The notes under the pieces: model-generated
The model's database searches: none
What the model was told of the DNA's origin: nothing
The model's input: the letters and a program-made list of their open reading frames with translations, nothing else
Origin: Dicyema japonicum
Lineage: Eukaryota; Animalia; Dicyemida
NCBI GenBank assembly: GCA_011109175.1
Contig: RDEW01000093.1
Location: 1 to 46,363 of the forward strand
DNA length: 46,363 bases
Direction: 5' to 3'
Shown: one piece after another, positions 23,936-35,864 of the stretch
How positions within the stretch are numbered: the stretch's first letter is position 1
How the letters are laid out: the number at the start of each line of letters is the position of its first letter
Position numbers and translations under genes: made by a program

Positions 23936-25464
23936 TACAGGATCTTTGGTTATATAAAATATAAATAAATATTATAAATGATCTTCTAGTAAAATAAAAA
24001 TTTTAAATTATCATAAAAATATTCAAGTTTTGATGAAATTAATTAAATTCAGTTGGNAAGCAAGTCAACCTGGAGTCTTCGATAGCTTTATGACTGTCGA
24101 AAACATATAATTTTGTTGGCCTAGGCACGGCAGCTAGCGAGGGATGAAATGTAGAATGAAATGGCGGAGACTTCAAATTAATTCCCCCAAATGATAATTT
24201 CTCAAATCTTTTTTCTCCTAAAATCCTACAGAGATTTGAGAGAATCAGAAGTTAATTTGTATAGAAAATAACTAAAATCTTTTAGTTAAAAGGCCGGGAT
24301 TACGTAAGCGTTCCCTCTGATCACCACCATTACGAGCATTTTTATCTTTAATAGGGAAAATCGAAATCTTTTATTTCCCATGTTCATTTGTACTAAGGCT
24401 TTTCATATATGATATACCAGAAGTTTCAGGAACACCATTGTTTAATTGATATATCCTTATTTTGAGGGCTTTTTATGTAAAATATGATTATTTCCTTAAT
24501 CACACGATGATTACGCTAATTTCTCATTATTTCTTTAACCAATTCTATAAAATTACAAGTTTGGAATCAATCAACTGTAAAATTACTATTATTTTAGGAT
24601 GCAGAATAAAGGTGGACGGCTTATTAAAATATGAATTAGAAATATATGAGATAAGCTTTCAAACCCCATTAAAGTCCACTTTTTATTGAAAATAATTCCA
24701 ATCAATAAAACATTAGTTTTTATTGTATTCATGGTAGCCGACTGTAAGCGAAGAGAACTTCGCTGCTAGTATATCATCATGTTTTATCAAAAAAATTAAG
24801 TTTTGTAAAAAAAGGTTGATAACAGTCAAAAGCTTAATAACTCTTAATACCTTAATTGAAAAAAATAAGAGAAGAAAATAATTTATTACGAAAAAGACAA
24901 TCAAAATAATCTAGCTGATAGAATGGAATGGCTGTTTCCCCTGACAACTTTCAAAGAAATCCTTTGGAACAACCATTCGGTTTCTCACGCTCATTGATAA
25001 CTTTCGAAATCATTGACACATGCGATCTTAGAAAAGAGACCGTCTTGNAGCAAATTTTTTATAAGAGAAGAAAACAATTTATTACGAAAGAAGACAATCA
25101 AAATAATCTAGCTGATAGAATGGAATGGCTGTTTCCCCTGCAACTTTCAGAGAAATCCTATGGAACAACCATTCGGTTTCTCACGCTCATTGATAACTTT
25201 CGAAATCATTGACACATGCGATCTTAGAAAAGAGACCGTCTTGGGCCTTAAGACTCCACTCCTCTCGACAACAATGTACAGAAATAGAATCTTGTGGAGA
25301 ATCTGTCGTATTTTTTTATTTTGAAATTCTCGAAACTCCAAGCAGCCTCTTTAGTTTTCAGCGCGTTACCAGGAATATTTAATCAAAAAGGTTAATGGAA
25401 TTGTCAAAATATTAAACAACTCTTCAAATTCACAAAAATATTTATAAAGGGAATTGATCTTAAT

Positions 25465-25680
25465 AAATGAATAATCGTAAAATTCCAAAGATGAATATCC
25501 CCATGAAAACATAAGACTCGTTGTAAACAAGTTCAAAGAAAGGTTGAGATATTCCAAAATAAGCAAAAACGTCTGCAACAATTATCAAACGGCTGTATCC
25601 ATAATAAAAAAATATAAACAAACTGGAAGTCGTACATCATCTAAACACGCTTGTGGACAAAAGAAAATAATTATGATTTA
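25465..25680 (+). mobile_element. Tc1-like transposase N-terminal HTH fragment
   Basis: YSKISKNVCNNYQTAVSIIKKYKQTGS..SKHACGQKK resembles the Tc1/Tc3 paired-like HTH. Confidence 0.5.
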
Positions 25681-25899
25681 CCAAGTTAAGTATTTTTTTA
25701 AATTATTAATTATTTTGTCATTTATTAACCTTTTTTTCAAAGTTATTAACATTTTCGACAGTTAAAATAAAAACTAAAACCGCACTTTCGCGAGAGACAA
25801 TAATAGGTTCACTTATTTAGGAGCCAAACTTTATTAGAGTAATGAACAGTTATGATAACTAATTTTACAAAGAGAACGAAATAATGCTGTTCACTTAAT

Positions 25900-26600
25900 T
25901 TTATTCTTTTTTGTTGTTGGTAAGAACCAGGTGAAAAGTGCACTATTCGTTGATGACGGCGTCACACGTCCATGCATCATAGACAGTTACTTACAGCGTT
26001 TTTCATTATTATAAATTGCGTACAGGTAATAGGATATCAGATCATACTTGTAATAGAGTTTTCAAACAACGCAAAAAAATAAAAAATGTTGACAAAACTT
26101 CGTATAAGTTTATTAAAAAGCTGTACGAAACTAAGTCAATGTTTGAATTGGCTGACCTCACAGATTTCTCGACTGATTGCGTTAGAAAAAGTATTGCAAA
26201 GATGTACATTCTGAGAACAGTTCATATGAAGAACTTTTTAAAAAGAAGAGCCGAAAAATTGCAATTACTATAGACAGTCGCGAGGAAATGATTCAGAGAT
26301 CGTATCAAATGACAATTAATTTACAATGATGAAAAATGAGGTATTCAAGAAAAAAATTAAAAATGTGATATCGACATCTCATAAAAATCTACATGCTAAA
26401 CAATTTTTTTCGCAAAACATAATTCGCTTCGAAAATAGAAACATACTATTTCTAGATGAAAGCGGATTTAATTTACATACATCAATAAATTATGGGTATC
26501 TTCCCATAAACATTGAACTAACATTATATCTTCCTCATAAAAGGGACGAAATGTCATTTCGGACACAAAAATAGAATATTTCGAACATAGAGATTAGCTG
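25900..26600 (+). mobile_element. Tc1/IS630-like element, 5' and central part (same family as 22057-22800)
   Basis: ILFLDESGFNLHTSINYGY; nucleotide identity with 22057-22390; 5' part reappears inverted at 42153-42400. Confidence 0.78.
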
Positions 26601-27346
26601 TAATCGAAAAAAGTTTAGGATTCCCTTTTATCTGCGAGACTGTTCTCCACTTGTTATTCTTTTAACTGTATCTCCCATTAAGCTCAAATTTTAGAAAAAC
26701 AAGTATTTGAAGCATAATAGAGCGTCTCTTATGATGAATGCTATTCTTGTGATGAAGAACAGCGAATTGCTACAATTTAGAAAAGATAACGATTGCGAAT
26801 AAAATTATTGAATTTTTGTTTTTTATGAATATGAGATTGCTATCCGCTTTAATATTATCTGTTGCGGTTCCTCCTTAGAAAAGTGAAATTCAAAACGTTT
26901 CTCTGGATGGCAGTTGACTTGACTAATGTGAAGAGAAAAATAAAAACATGTTGAAGAACAAAAATTGTCTTAAAAAACCACTTAAGGATTCCAATAGGTC
27001 AAACAGAGACACACATGACACAAGTCCCGGGACACGTCTTTTGACCCAAGTACATGAGACGCCCCTGAACTATCAACATTTTTGTGAAAACCCACTTTTT
27101 CTAACATTCTTAAGGATATTGTCTTTTGCTACAGGAAGGAGATGGGTATGAAATGATACTCATCATCGTTTTGATAAACTGTAAATCCTTCTGGATGAAG
27201 AGAGAGACCCTGGAAAGCCTATTAAGATCTGTTGAGGTACAAATCCAAATCATCGACAAGACAAAAGTAAGGGAACAGCTACTGTAAACTTTATCGGGTA
27301 TAATGTTCACCATCTCTTGTGAGTTATTAGCATAAAGGTTAGAGCG

Positions 27347-29471
27347 CTAATATCCATTGGAGACGTGTCCGTGGTACGTCATCTGCCTCCATTTTATACT
27401 ATCATAATTAAGCCAGTTTATTAAAATTGCCGATCTAAATTCATCAGCATGGGAGGCCATTTCTCTAATTGGGTTTCTTAGCTCCTCGCAGATACGTATC
27501 AAGACCTGACATTTCTCAACGTCGCCGCCTCTGAAGCGAGACTGTGAATGGATATGGTATCTGATTACATATAACGTGTGATCTTTCGCCTGAGTGAGTG
27601 CATACGCTTGACCCTCGAAGAGAGAAGAGCTAGTCTCCAAGAAGAACAGACATTTTCAATTTAACTTGAAAATATTGTTGTTGAAACAAGCTATAAGTGG
27701 GTAAAGGTTCTTCTTTATGATAGCTTTTATGACGTTTTATTTTCGAAGACCTTTGGTGACTGGAGAACGTCATAAGAGAGTCGAATGTCACTCCAATTAT
27801 CTTCAAGATTAAATTGATTAAATTAAATTATTTCAAAGACTGAGGGTGACCAAACTAACTAACTCATTGATCCTGACTCGTTCCAGCGTTCCAGAACTTG
27901 TCTTCAGATAACGAAATTGCCCCCGGGTAAAGAATAAGTGGATCATCAGGAAGGTGGATCCAATGACGCCATCGAAGGCAAGGAAAATAATTATTATCCA
28001 ACTAGCCGCATTGCACTGATTTCTTGGAAAAAGACGATACTTCTTGAATATACTTTTAGTCATCTAACTTTAGACAACAATTGTGTGGAATGTTAACCTC
28101 TAAAGGAACCATCATCAAATAAATTTTTTCAGTTATCTATTTTAGATCCATCTACCGAAGTCCATATGAGTTAAGTTTTTTTTATCGTCCACATACATTT
28201 CAGATTTGACGGTTATTTCCACAGTGTCTGAGTTTCTCAGATTAATCGGACAGCGTGCAGGGCAACAGAAAGGTGAGCCTAGAATGGCGCGATTGCTCCT
28301 ACAGAACATTGGACTCGCGATCATGAAAGGTAACCATGTGAAAGAACAATCAGTATCAAAGAGTCTAAAGGTTCCAGCAAGTCATCATCTTGACCGTAGT
28401 TTCTCATGATAGACTCAATATCTTATCGATAAGAATGTGTATATGAAATTAAAAAGAAATATGAATAGATGTCATTTAAAGCAGTAAAAACAAAAGAATC
28501 GATGCTGTTTAGAATTAATAAAACGAAAAATTCGATAATAGCACGAAACTGCTTTAATGAACGGCAATTTTCACACAAAAATAATAAGCATACCTCAGAT
28601 GTCAAATTATTATGATATTTCACCATAAATCCCAGATTTTTAAACAGCGAGTAGCACATTTGTCTATCGTGCTCAAATCTATCTCTTCTTGCCAATGAAG
28701 GGTCAGTAAATTCAATGTGTTCGACAATTATTCACAGCCCACTATGGTTAGAATTATAGGAAATGCGTCATCACCCGAAATAACAAACTAAGATAAAATG
28801 AAGAAATTACTCCATTTAGGGACTTGAACAAGTTTGGAATCTAAATTTCTAATTTCTGGGTCAGTTTCTTCAAGAAAAGCTTTAAAATGAAATTATAAAC
28901 AACCATCGAAAAAAAATTTCATATCATCCCCCTCCAAATTGAACGAGAAGTTGAATACCGAAGAAGACCGGAATAAACGCGACTTGTGATCATAAATCGC
29001 ATTTCTGCTGCCTTCCATTACAGATCTTGGATGAATCCTCTTATCGGTAAAATTTCAGGCCATTCTTTAGACTCATCAGAATCGTCATTCAATCCAACAA
29101 TTGATTAACAATAAAGTAATAAATTATTTTTAACTTTCTGTAAGTTATTTATAACCTAACATTCTCATGATATTTTTCTAAATTTGTAGTAACAAGAGCA
29201 ATTATAAATGTTTCAAACGAGTCTGGCCTTTTCTGTATTAAATTTAAAAAAAAGAAATAGCAATTTCATGTTTTTTTTGTGACTCTGAAATTCATAGAAT
29301 CTTTATTGCTTATAATGAAAATATATGCTTAAAAAGTACCATATTTCTTCCACCATTTTTTTGTGAATATCTCATTGATTTCGAAAAATGATATAAAGTA
29401 TTTGTCTACATTTAAATCGTTCATAACAAGACATAATTTTTCCGAATCAAATCTTTGCACTTGCTATTCAT
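27347..29471 (-). pseudogene. Initiator-type (CARD) caspase pseudogene with micro-introns
   Basis: CARD-like MNSKCKDLIRKNY..NDLNVD..EIFT..MVEEI and KG.DSFETFIIAL. p20 GDDAFP-NSNHSGL*IIVEHIEF...LFKNLGFMVKYHNNLT and DSLILIVLSHG (28333-28341). Eroded QACRG region and weak p10 (LPTYS; S*YV..ICEEL). 24-nt (28880-28903) and 23-nt (28788-28810) GT-AG introns; several frameshifts and stops. Confidence 0.75.
27830..28060 (-). mobile_element. LINE 3' end inserted in the caspase relic (family of 4500-4825)
   Basis: Nucleotide homology with 4575-4800 and an atttaatttaat tail. Confidence 0.5.
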
Positions 29472-29655
29472 AATTCACAAGAAATAAATTGTGCGAGTTT
29501 AGGTTTTATTTTTCTAATTTAAAATAATTTATTTTTAACAAAATAATTTAATATAAAAAAATAACTAAAAATTTATTTGATAAACAAAATGTTAGTATGT
29601 TCCGGTCTTCATTATTCTCTGCGGATCGGAGTCCAATTGCTTCCACCAATTTTCT

Positions 29656-29893
29656 ACAAAGTCTCGAGTACATTTAAAGTGAGGAAAAAGCCCACGCCTC
29701 TCTAAATTCTCACAAAAGAGGATTGTCATGGATTCAGAAAAGCTGTTGGTACTATGAAGGATCAGATCAAAAAGCGACAAAGTCTCGAGTACATGTAAAG
29801 TGGGGAAAAAGCCCACGCCTCTCCAAATTCTCACAAAAGAGGATTGTCATGGATTCAGAAAAGCTGTTGGTACTATGAAGGATCAGATCAAAA
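29656..29893. repeat. 121-bp tandem duplication (3 substitutions)
   Basis: acaaagtctcgagtac...atcagatcaaaaag starts at both 29656 and 29777. Confidence 0.9.
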
Positions 29894-29989
29894 AGTTCTC
29901 AAGTTTGTTGAGCTCTACCGGGATCACTTAATTAGATGGTTTAACTCTTTTTTTCTTGGTGTTCCCTTTTAGGGTTATATAATAATTAT

Positions 29990-30382
29990 AGCATGAGGTC
30001 AATGTTTTGAAAGAGCCAATAAGTCATTCGGGGTTTACTCTTCACTGTTCCTGGACTTTGGCAGATTGTTTTGAGAAACTTTATACTGCTTTGGCCAAGA
30101 ATTAAAGACGTATTGACAAAAATTGATTACAAATATCTTCGCTTTCAGGCCCTTTAATTATCCTTTAATTATCTGCTCTTTTTTTAAAGACGTGTAATGT
30201 TTCGAGTACATAAACCTCCGTATAGGCAAACACACAGAGACCAAGAAATCGAGATTGTTCTTAGTTTCCTTTTAAATGCTTGTGTGTAAATCCATAAAAA
30301 CAATCCGGTTAAACTGTGATAATTTACTTATGATGAGTCACTCATCAATCCAGCATTTAAATCCGTCGCAATCAAACCCTCG
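29990..30382 (-). mobile_element. Degenerate MULE-like transposase fragment (tentative)
   Basis: IATDLNAGLM..YTQAFKRKL (cf. TDFExAL..GCxFHxxQAxxRK) and FCQYVFNSW..LPKSRNSEE (cf. YFxxTW..PRTNNxxE). Confidence 0.4.
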
Positions 30383-31062
30383 NNNNNNNNNNNNNNNNNN
30401 NNNNNNNNNNNNNNNNNNNNNNNNNNNNNNNNNNNNNNNNNNNNNNNNNNNNNNNNNNNNNNNNNNNNNNNNNNNNNNNNNNNNNNNNNNNNNNNNNNNN
30501 NNNNNNNNNNNNNNNNNNNNNNNNNNNNNNNNNNNNNNNNNNNNNNNNNNNNNNNNNNNNNNNNNNNNNNNNNNNNNNNNNNNNNNNNNNNNNNNNNNNN
30601 NNNNNNNNNNNNNNNNNNNNNNNNNNNNNNNNNNNNNNNNNNNNNNNNNNNNNNNNNNNNNNNNNNNNNNNNNNNNNNNNNNNNNNNNNNNNNNNNNNNN
30701 NNNNNNNNNNNNNNNNNNNNNNNNNNNNNNNNNNNNNNNNNNNNNNNNNNNNNNNNNNNNNNNNNNNNNNNNNNNNNNNNNNNNNNNNNNNNNNNNNNNN
30801 NNNNNNNNNNNNNNNNNNNNNNNNNNNNNNNNNNNNNNNNNNNNNNNNNNNNNNNNNNNNNNNNNNNNNNNNNNNNNNNNNNNNNNNNNNNNNNNNNNNN
30901 NNNNNNNNNNNNNNNNNNNNNNNNNNNNNNNNNNNNNNNNNNNNNNNNNNNNNNNNNNNNNNNNNNNNNNNNNNNNNNNNNNNNNNNNNNNNNNNNNNNN
31001 NNNNNNNNNNNNNNNNNNNNNNNNNNNNNNNNNNNNNNNNNNNNNNNNNNNNNNNNNNNNNN
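30383..31062. other. Assembly gap (680 N)
   Basis: Run of N. Confidence 0.99.
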
Positions 31063-31934
31063 AAACAAAGAAATTAGACAGCCACTTTTTGTCCCCTTGA
31101 GGACATCAGACCATTGATAGCAAAATAGTGGGGGGTAGGCAAAAAAGGGGATAAATCACTGCAAAACCGTATCGTCTCCGAGACTCACATAAAAGCAAAA
31201 AAGAAAAAAGTTAAGAACACTCTATGCCTAAACCTCATTTTTCTATTTACTAACTGTTTTTCTTAAATAAATTGTTTTTTTGCCTAAGTGGTAGGTTTAA
31301 ATAATAGAACCATCACTCCTCTGCGGAAAGACTGATTTGATTGATTTTGATTTGGAGTAAATTTCGAATAAGTTATTTGTCGCTTAGCAACTTTAATGGA
31401 TAAATTTACTACGAAGCATCTAGATAAAATTTGGTCAAATTTAGACGAAATGGCAAAAAATGATCCACAAAGTTATAAAAAACTGATTAACAGTCAACTT
31501 GAAGAGTTCCAAAACCTGACTAAACCTTTGAACTATTTTCAACTATTACTGTCATTGATTCAGTATTTATGATTTTTCGATATTGCCAGAAATCAAAATC
31601 TAGCATAATTCTAAATATCTGTACCGATTCCCGAGTCCCGACTGCTAAATCACACAGATCCCTTGCTGATGGCATCTAAAGAATTCAAAGATTTCGTGTC
31701 AATCAATAAGGGTAATAATTTATTTTAATTCAAGAGAAAATATTTATTCTTGTTATCAATGATGAGACTTTCAAACCTTGAATATTCAGGTTTTATTGAT
31801 TGAATTTTACTTACTTTCTCTTAACTTTTTGAACGACCTTCACAACACAGAAATCGATTCTTCAAAGGAGAATCCAATTGAGTGTATGAATGAATTTTAA
31901 GGGGACAAAAAGTGGCTGTCTAATTTCTTCGTTT
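31063..31934. repeat. 36-bp inverted repeat pair (35/36 identical) at 31063-31098 and 31899-31934, probably DNA-transposon TIRs
   Basis: aaacaaagaaattagacagccactttttgtcccctt is the reverse complement of aaggggacaaaaagtggctgtctaatttcttcgttt, with one mismatch. Confidence 0.9.
31396..31900 (+). pseudogene. PIH1D2: PIH1D2-like (PIH1 domain) 5' gene fragment, frameshifted and truncated at the inverted repeat
   Basis: KIWSNLDEMAKNDPQSYKKLINSQLEE matches the PIH1D2 N-terminus (FWxxLDDLAxSDPxxYxKFIxQQL); IILNICTDSRVP (cf. LFINLCxWxRIP). Introns 31563-31589 (27 nt) and 31712-31734 (23 nt); at least 3 frameshifts. Confidence 0.7.
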
Positions 31935-32906
31935 CACAATCTCCTGAGAAAAATAACCACTTATCGTTCCGAGATCTACTGAAGAAACTATTGAGTTTCA
32001 CGGAAATCATGAATGATTCTGAGTGTAGTTAGAAGTCACATATTTTTGAAAATTCCTATTTACACCTCTATTTGTTTCAACGATAATAGCATGGACGTGA
32101 ACTGGTCCAGGAGCCCTTTGTATTTCATAATTCAAACTGAAATTCGCATTCATTTTCACTCAAGGAATTTCAATTAATTCATGGGTTTTATTTTATTGAA
32201 AGATGGCAATTTTGAGTTTATATACAAAAAACTAACAATCTAAAGAATCACCAATGATCTGCGTGAGACTAGGTGACTTCGAGAGCGTATCTTGATAGCT
32301 ATTGTCGGAGGAAACAACCTGGCTATTCAGGATCCCTAAATTATTTTTGATATAATTATTTTATTAAAAAATAATCTGATTAGTACGAATTTGTCGAAAA
32401 TTTTTTGAATCATCATACTTAGCACGAACGAACACACATTATTATCAACATACCTGGAATCGGTCTAATAAACGCGTAACTTCTGACAACTGATCTATAA
32501 GGTTCTTCCAATTTTTGGATGGACGAGATTTTAACCTTGATCTACGTGCCATCCAAAGCCTGTGCGTCTCCATTGTTCCAATTGCCGAACGGAATGTTGT
32601 CTGATGTACATCACATGATGATATTAGACATGATTTTACTATTATCTGTCTATAATTAATTATTTATGTCTGATATTAATAATATTGATAAGATATTTCG
32701 CATTTAAAAGCTTTTCGTATTTCTCAAAAACATATGAACTTATTAGCCATGTGACTAGAAAGTATAGTGGTTAGCGCTGTCGCTCAACTCAATATTACTT
32801 GTAGATTCGATTTCCGCAATGCTATCTGCCTGGTCGAAAGATTCCGTTCAGTTTGGAAAATTCATCTAATAAGAGGCATCAGTTGATTGATTTGTTTCGA
32901 GAGAGA

Positions 32907-33218
32907 CCCAACATCTGCTGGTAACCAAAAATGATCCATCTCTTCCTTGCTCCATTGTATAGGTTCCTACAATGGCGGATATAATGAAGCGATCCTTGGA
33001 GAGGGTACGTCTCATTTCAACCATGGGAACTGGATATACCTTAACCAGACGTAAATTAACTCCCCAACATCTGCTGGTAACCAAAAATGATCCATCTCTT
33101 CCTTGCTCCATTGTATAGGTTCCTACAATGGCGGATATAATGAAGCTATCCTTGGAGAGGGTACGTCTCATTTCAACCATGGGAACTGGATATACCTTAA
33201 CCAGACGTAAATTAACTC
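32907..33218. repeat. 156-bp tandem duplication (1 substitution)
   Basis: cccaacatctgctggtaacc starts at both 32907 and 33063. Confidence 0.9.
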
Positions 33219-33612
33219 TAATAGATGTGAATACTTAGAGTTCTGCTTGTGCGAATTTTCTATTATTATAAATAAGAAAATATATTTTAAAATAAACACA
33301 AAAGTTATGTTGTTTCACANACTGGATATACCTTAACCAGACGTAAATTAACTCTAATAGATGTGAATACTTAGAGGTTTGCTTGTGCCGAACTCCCTGC
33401 TATCATTTCAACTAGTTTCTTTTATGTAGATCATTGGCGTCTGCAAAGAGCGAATGTTATAAGCCGCTTGGAGCCAACGTTATCGTGGTAGAAAGAAATA
33501 GTGATAGAAAGTTTAAACAATATTGGAACACAAAACTCGTGAATTTTCTATTATTATAAATAAAAAAATATATTTTAAAATAAACACAAAAGTTATGTTG
33601 TTTCACATAGTT

Positions 33613-33886
33613 TTTATAACCCAGCAACATGTCGACCTTTGTAATACTAAATTTCTTATTTCTTTTTAAAGCTGTTTTGAATAATTGCCAATTTTCTTCA
33701 TCCTGTGAATACAGATGTTGCAATCAAACGTATTTTACCGTAAAAAAGATTTATAACCCAGCAACATGTCGACCTTTGTAATACTAAATTTCTTATTTCT
33801 TTTTAAAGCTGTTTTGAATAATTGCTAATTTTCTTCATCCTGTGACTACAGATGTTGCAATCAAACGTATTTAACCGTAAAAAAAT
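33613..33886. repeat. 137-bp tandem duplication (3 substitutions)
   Basis: tttataacccagcaacatgtcg starts at both 33613 and 33750. Confidence 0.9.
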
Positions 33887-34349
33887 TTAGGCGGTTAAAA
33901 CAAGCATCCAGAAAACGGAATGCCAGTGTATTAATGGAATATGTACGCCTGTAAACATATTCAAATATGTGTTAGCTTAATAATAATTTGATTCCCTTGT
34001 TTTCATTAAAAGTTGTCATTTTCTTGCTTTTCTGTGAAGAATTAGTAGTTTGGTATGTTTTGATAGTTTTCGAAATATTTGATGATTAAGCACACAACAC
34101 TGCCTTTCCCATAAGGAGTAGGTAATGTTTCCATCACTTAAACCAACTTAGCCAGAACTCACTTTATTTTAAAAAGTAAGAACAGTAATGTCAATTAATC
34201 CATGGCATATTGATAATTATAACAAAAAAGATATTACCAATTCATAGTAAAAAGTTCCTTGAGGTATATAATCTTTTTAACTATCAAATTCTTTATTAAA
34301 ATAAAATAATGGAATAGTCAGCCAAAGGTCACACAGGTAGTGTACTAAC

Positions 34350-34640
34350 TGCGTGGCTATTCACTCTCAGGATAACAAGTGTGATTCGCTCAAATTGCCA
34401 GCAGGGATCTCCTATTTGTGTAGAATTCCGATTCCCAAGACGACTTAGGAATTCCAGCGTCGCTGATTTCCTTGACGACCAGACGCTTCAGCTGCTAGTG
34501 AAACAAACAAAAAAATCTTCCGGTAGGACCATGTACTTTGCCTTTTTTGACCTCTCGGCCTTCTCAGCGGCAGAAAGGCTCTATAGGCACTCGTACATAT
34601 GTTGCAAGGTGCGTGTGTGTCGATGCATCTGACGTCCTAG
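34350..34640 (-). mobile_element. CRE-clade 3' fragment (RLE end)
   Basis: CIDT..SAAEKAERSKKAKY..ATLEFLSRLGNR..GDP.WQFERITLVILRVNS; homologous to 16880-17105. Confidence 0.75.
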
Positions 34641-35059
34641 ACATAAGGCTTTACGGCTTCAAAGGTGAAAATTCATAGACTAGATTCTTTAGAAGAAAAA
34701 GAAGTCTATCACGACCAGGATGTCTATTTTTTAGGTAACAATTGATATCTCAATAGGTCATTATTTCATGCTTTTGTAGCAGAGTAAAATGTACAACATT
34801 CATAACAAAAAACAAAAACAAGCGTGAGCAAAAATCTATTACTATTCTATCTGATGTTATCCGTTAAGAAAATGAAAATTTCTGATAAATTTAAATTATT
34901 AAAATTACTAATCATTATAAAGATGTGAATTAATTAATTTATTGATTTATTTTTTATTTAAAAATTATTGATTTCTAACGGTTTTAACGCAACGTATAAC
35001 GTCTTTAACGGCTCGTATTCAACCTGGGCACGTATTCAACCGGTCAGATTAAATAACAA

Positions 35060-35864
35060 AACATTCATCAATTAAGAACAATAATTCTCATGTTACAATA
35101 ATTCTCAAACATTCATCAATTAAGAACAATAATTCTCACGCTCATCCAGATTTTACTTGCTTAGGTTCTATAAGAATATCATTTTCTCTAATCCCGGCAT
35201 TTTCTGCAGGGGAATTTTTGATCACGTTGATGAGAAAGTGATGATCGACATTAGGCTCTCTAAAATGAGTATATCCAAAAGTGACATTATCATTTTTTCT
35301 TAAATGGCACAATCGAGCAGTTGGCGTATAATCGGATGTCTCTCTAGAAATCCTTAATTCATATGAATGTTTTGGACTCTCCAAAAAGTTTGGCGGAGGT
35401 GCTGTTTGAAGAGTTTTCTCAAAATCAACATTTTGAGGTATTTCGTCAACATTTTGAATAATTAATTCTACTTTCGGACTTTCTCCGGTAGTCTGAATTT
35501 CTTGATTTTTCCGGTAGATTTTCAGTTCTAAAACCTTTTTTTATTAATCTTTTTTAAGATTTTTTTAGTTTTGAATTCGAAAAATCACATTCATCAACTG
35601 AAGGCACAACATCCCCGACCTTCAAACCAGAGGTATCTGCAGGACCTTCTGGCTTTACTTCAGATACATAATTATCATTGACTTCATTTTTTTCATTGTA
35701 AATCAAATCCAACTGAAGGCACAATATCACCGACCTTCAAACCAGAGGTATCTGCAGGACCTTCTGTCTTTACTTCAGATAAATAATTATCATTGACTTC
35801 ATTTTTTTCATTGTAAATCAAATCCATCCTGAGAGCGTTCAATGTTTAATAACAATTCAGTCAT
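35060..35864 (-). pseudogene. Two-PDZ scaffold (NHERF/PDZK1-like) pseudogene
   Basis: ATG at 35864. PDZ1 IERSQDGF...YVSEVKPEGPADTSGLKVGDVV.SVD; PDZ2 ARLCHLRKN..TFGY..HFLINVIKNSPAENAGIRENDILIE. Frameshifts, a 115-bp internal duplication (35595/35710) and a truncated PDZ2. Confidence 0.72.

Noticed and set aside
29020-29070. Minus-strand CTGATGA...GAAA resembling a hammerhead
   Set aside because: Stem II is at most 3 bp and out of register, and the region reads as caspase coding sequence.
30276-31100. 274-aa and 246-aa ORFs in the track
   Set aside because: They consist almost entirely of translated N.
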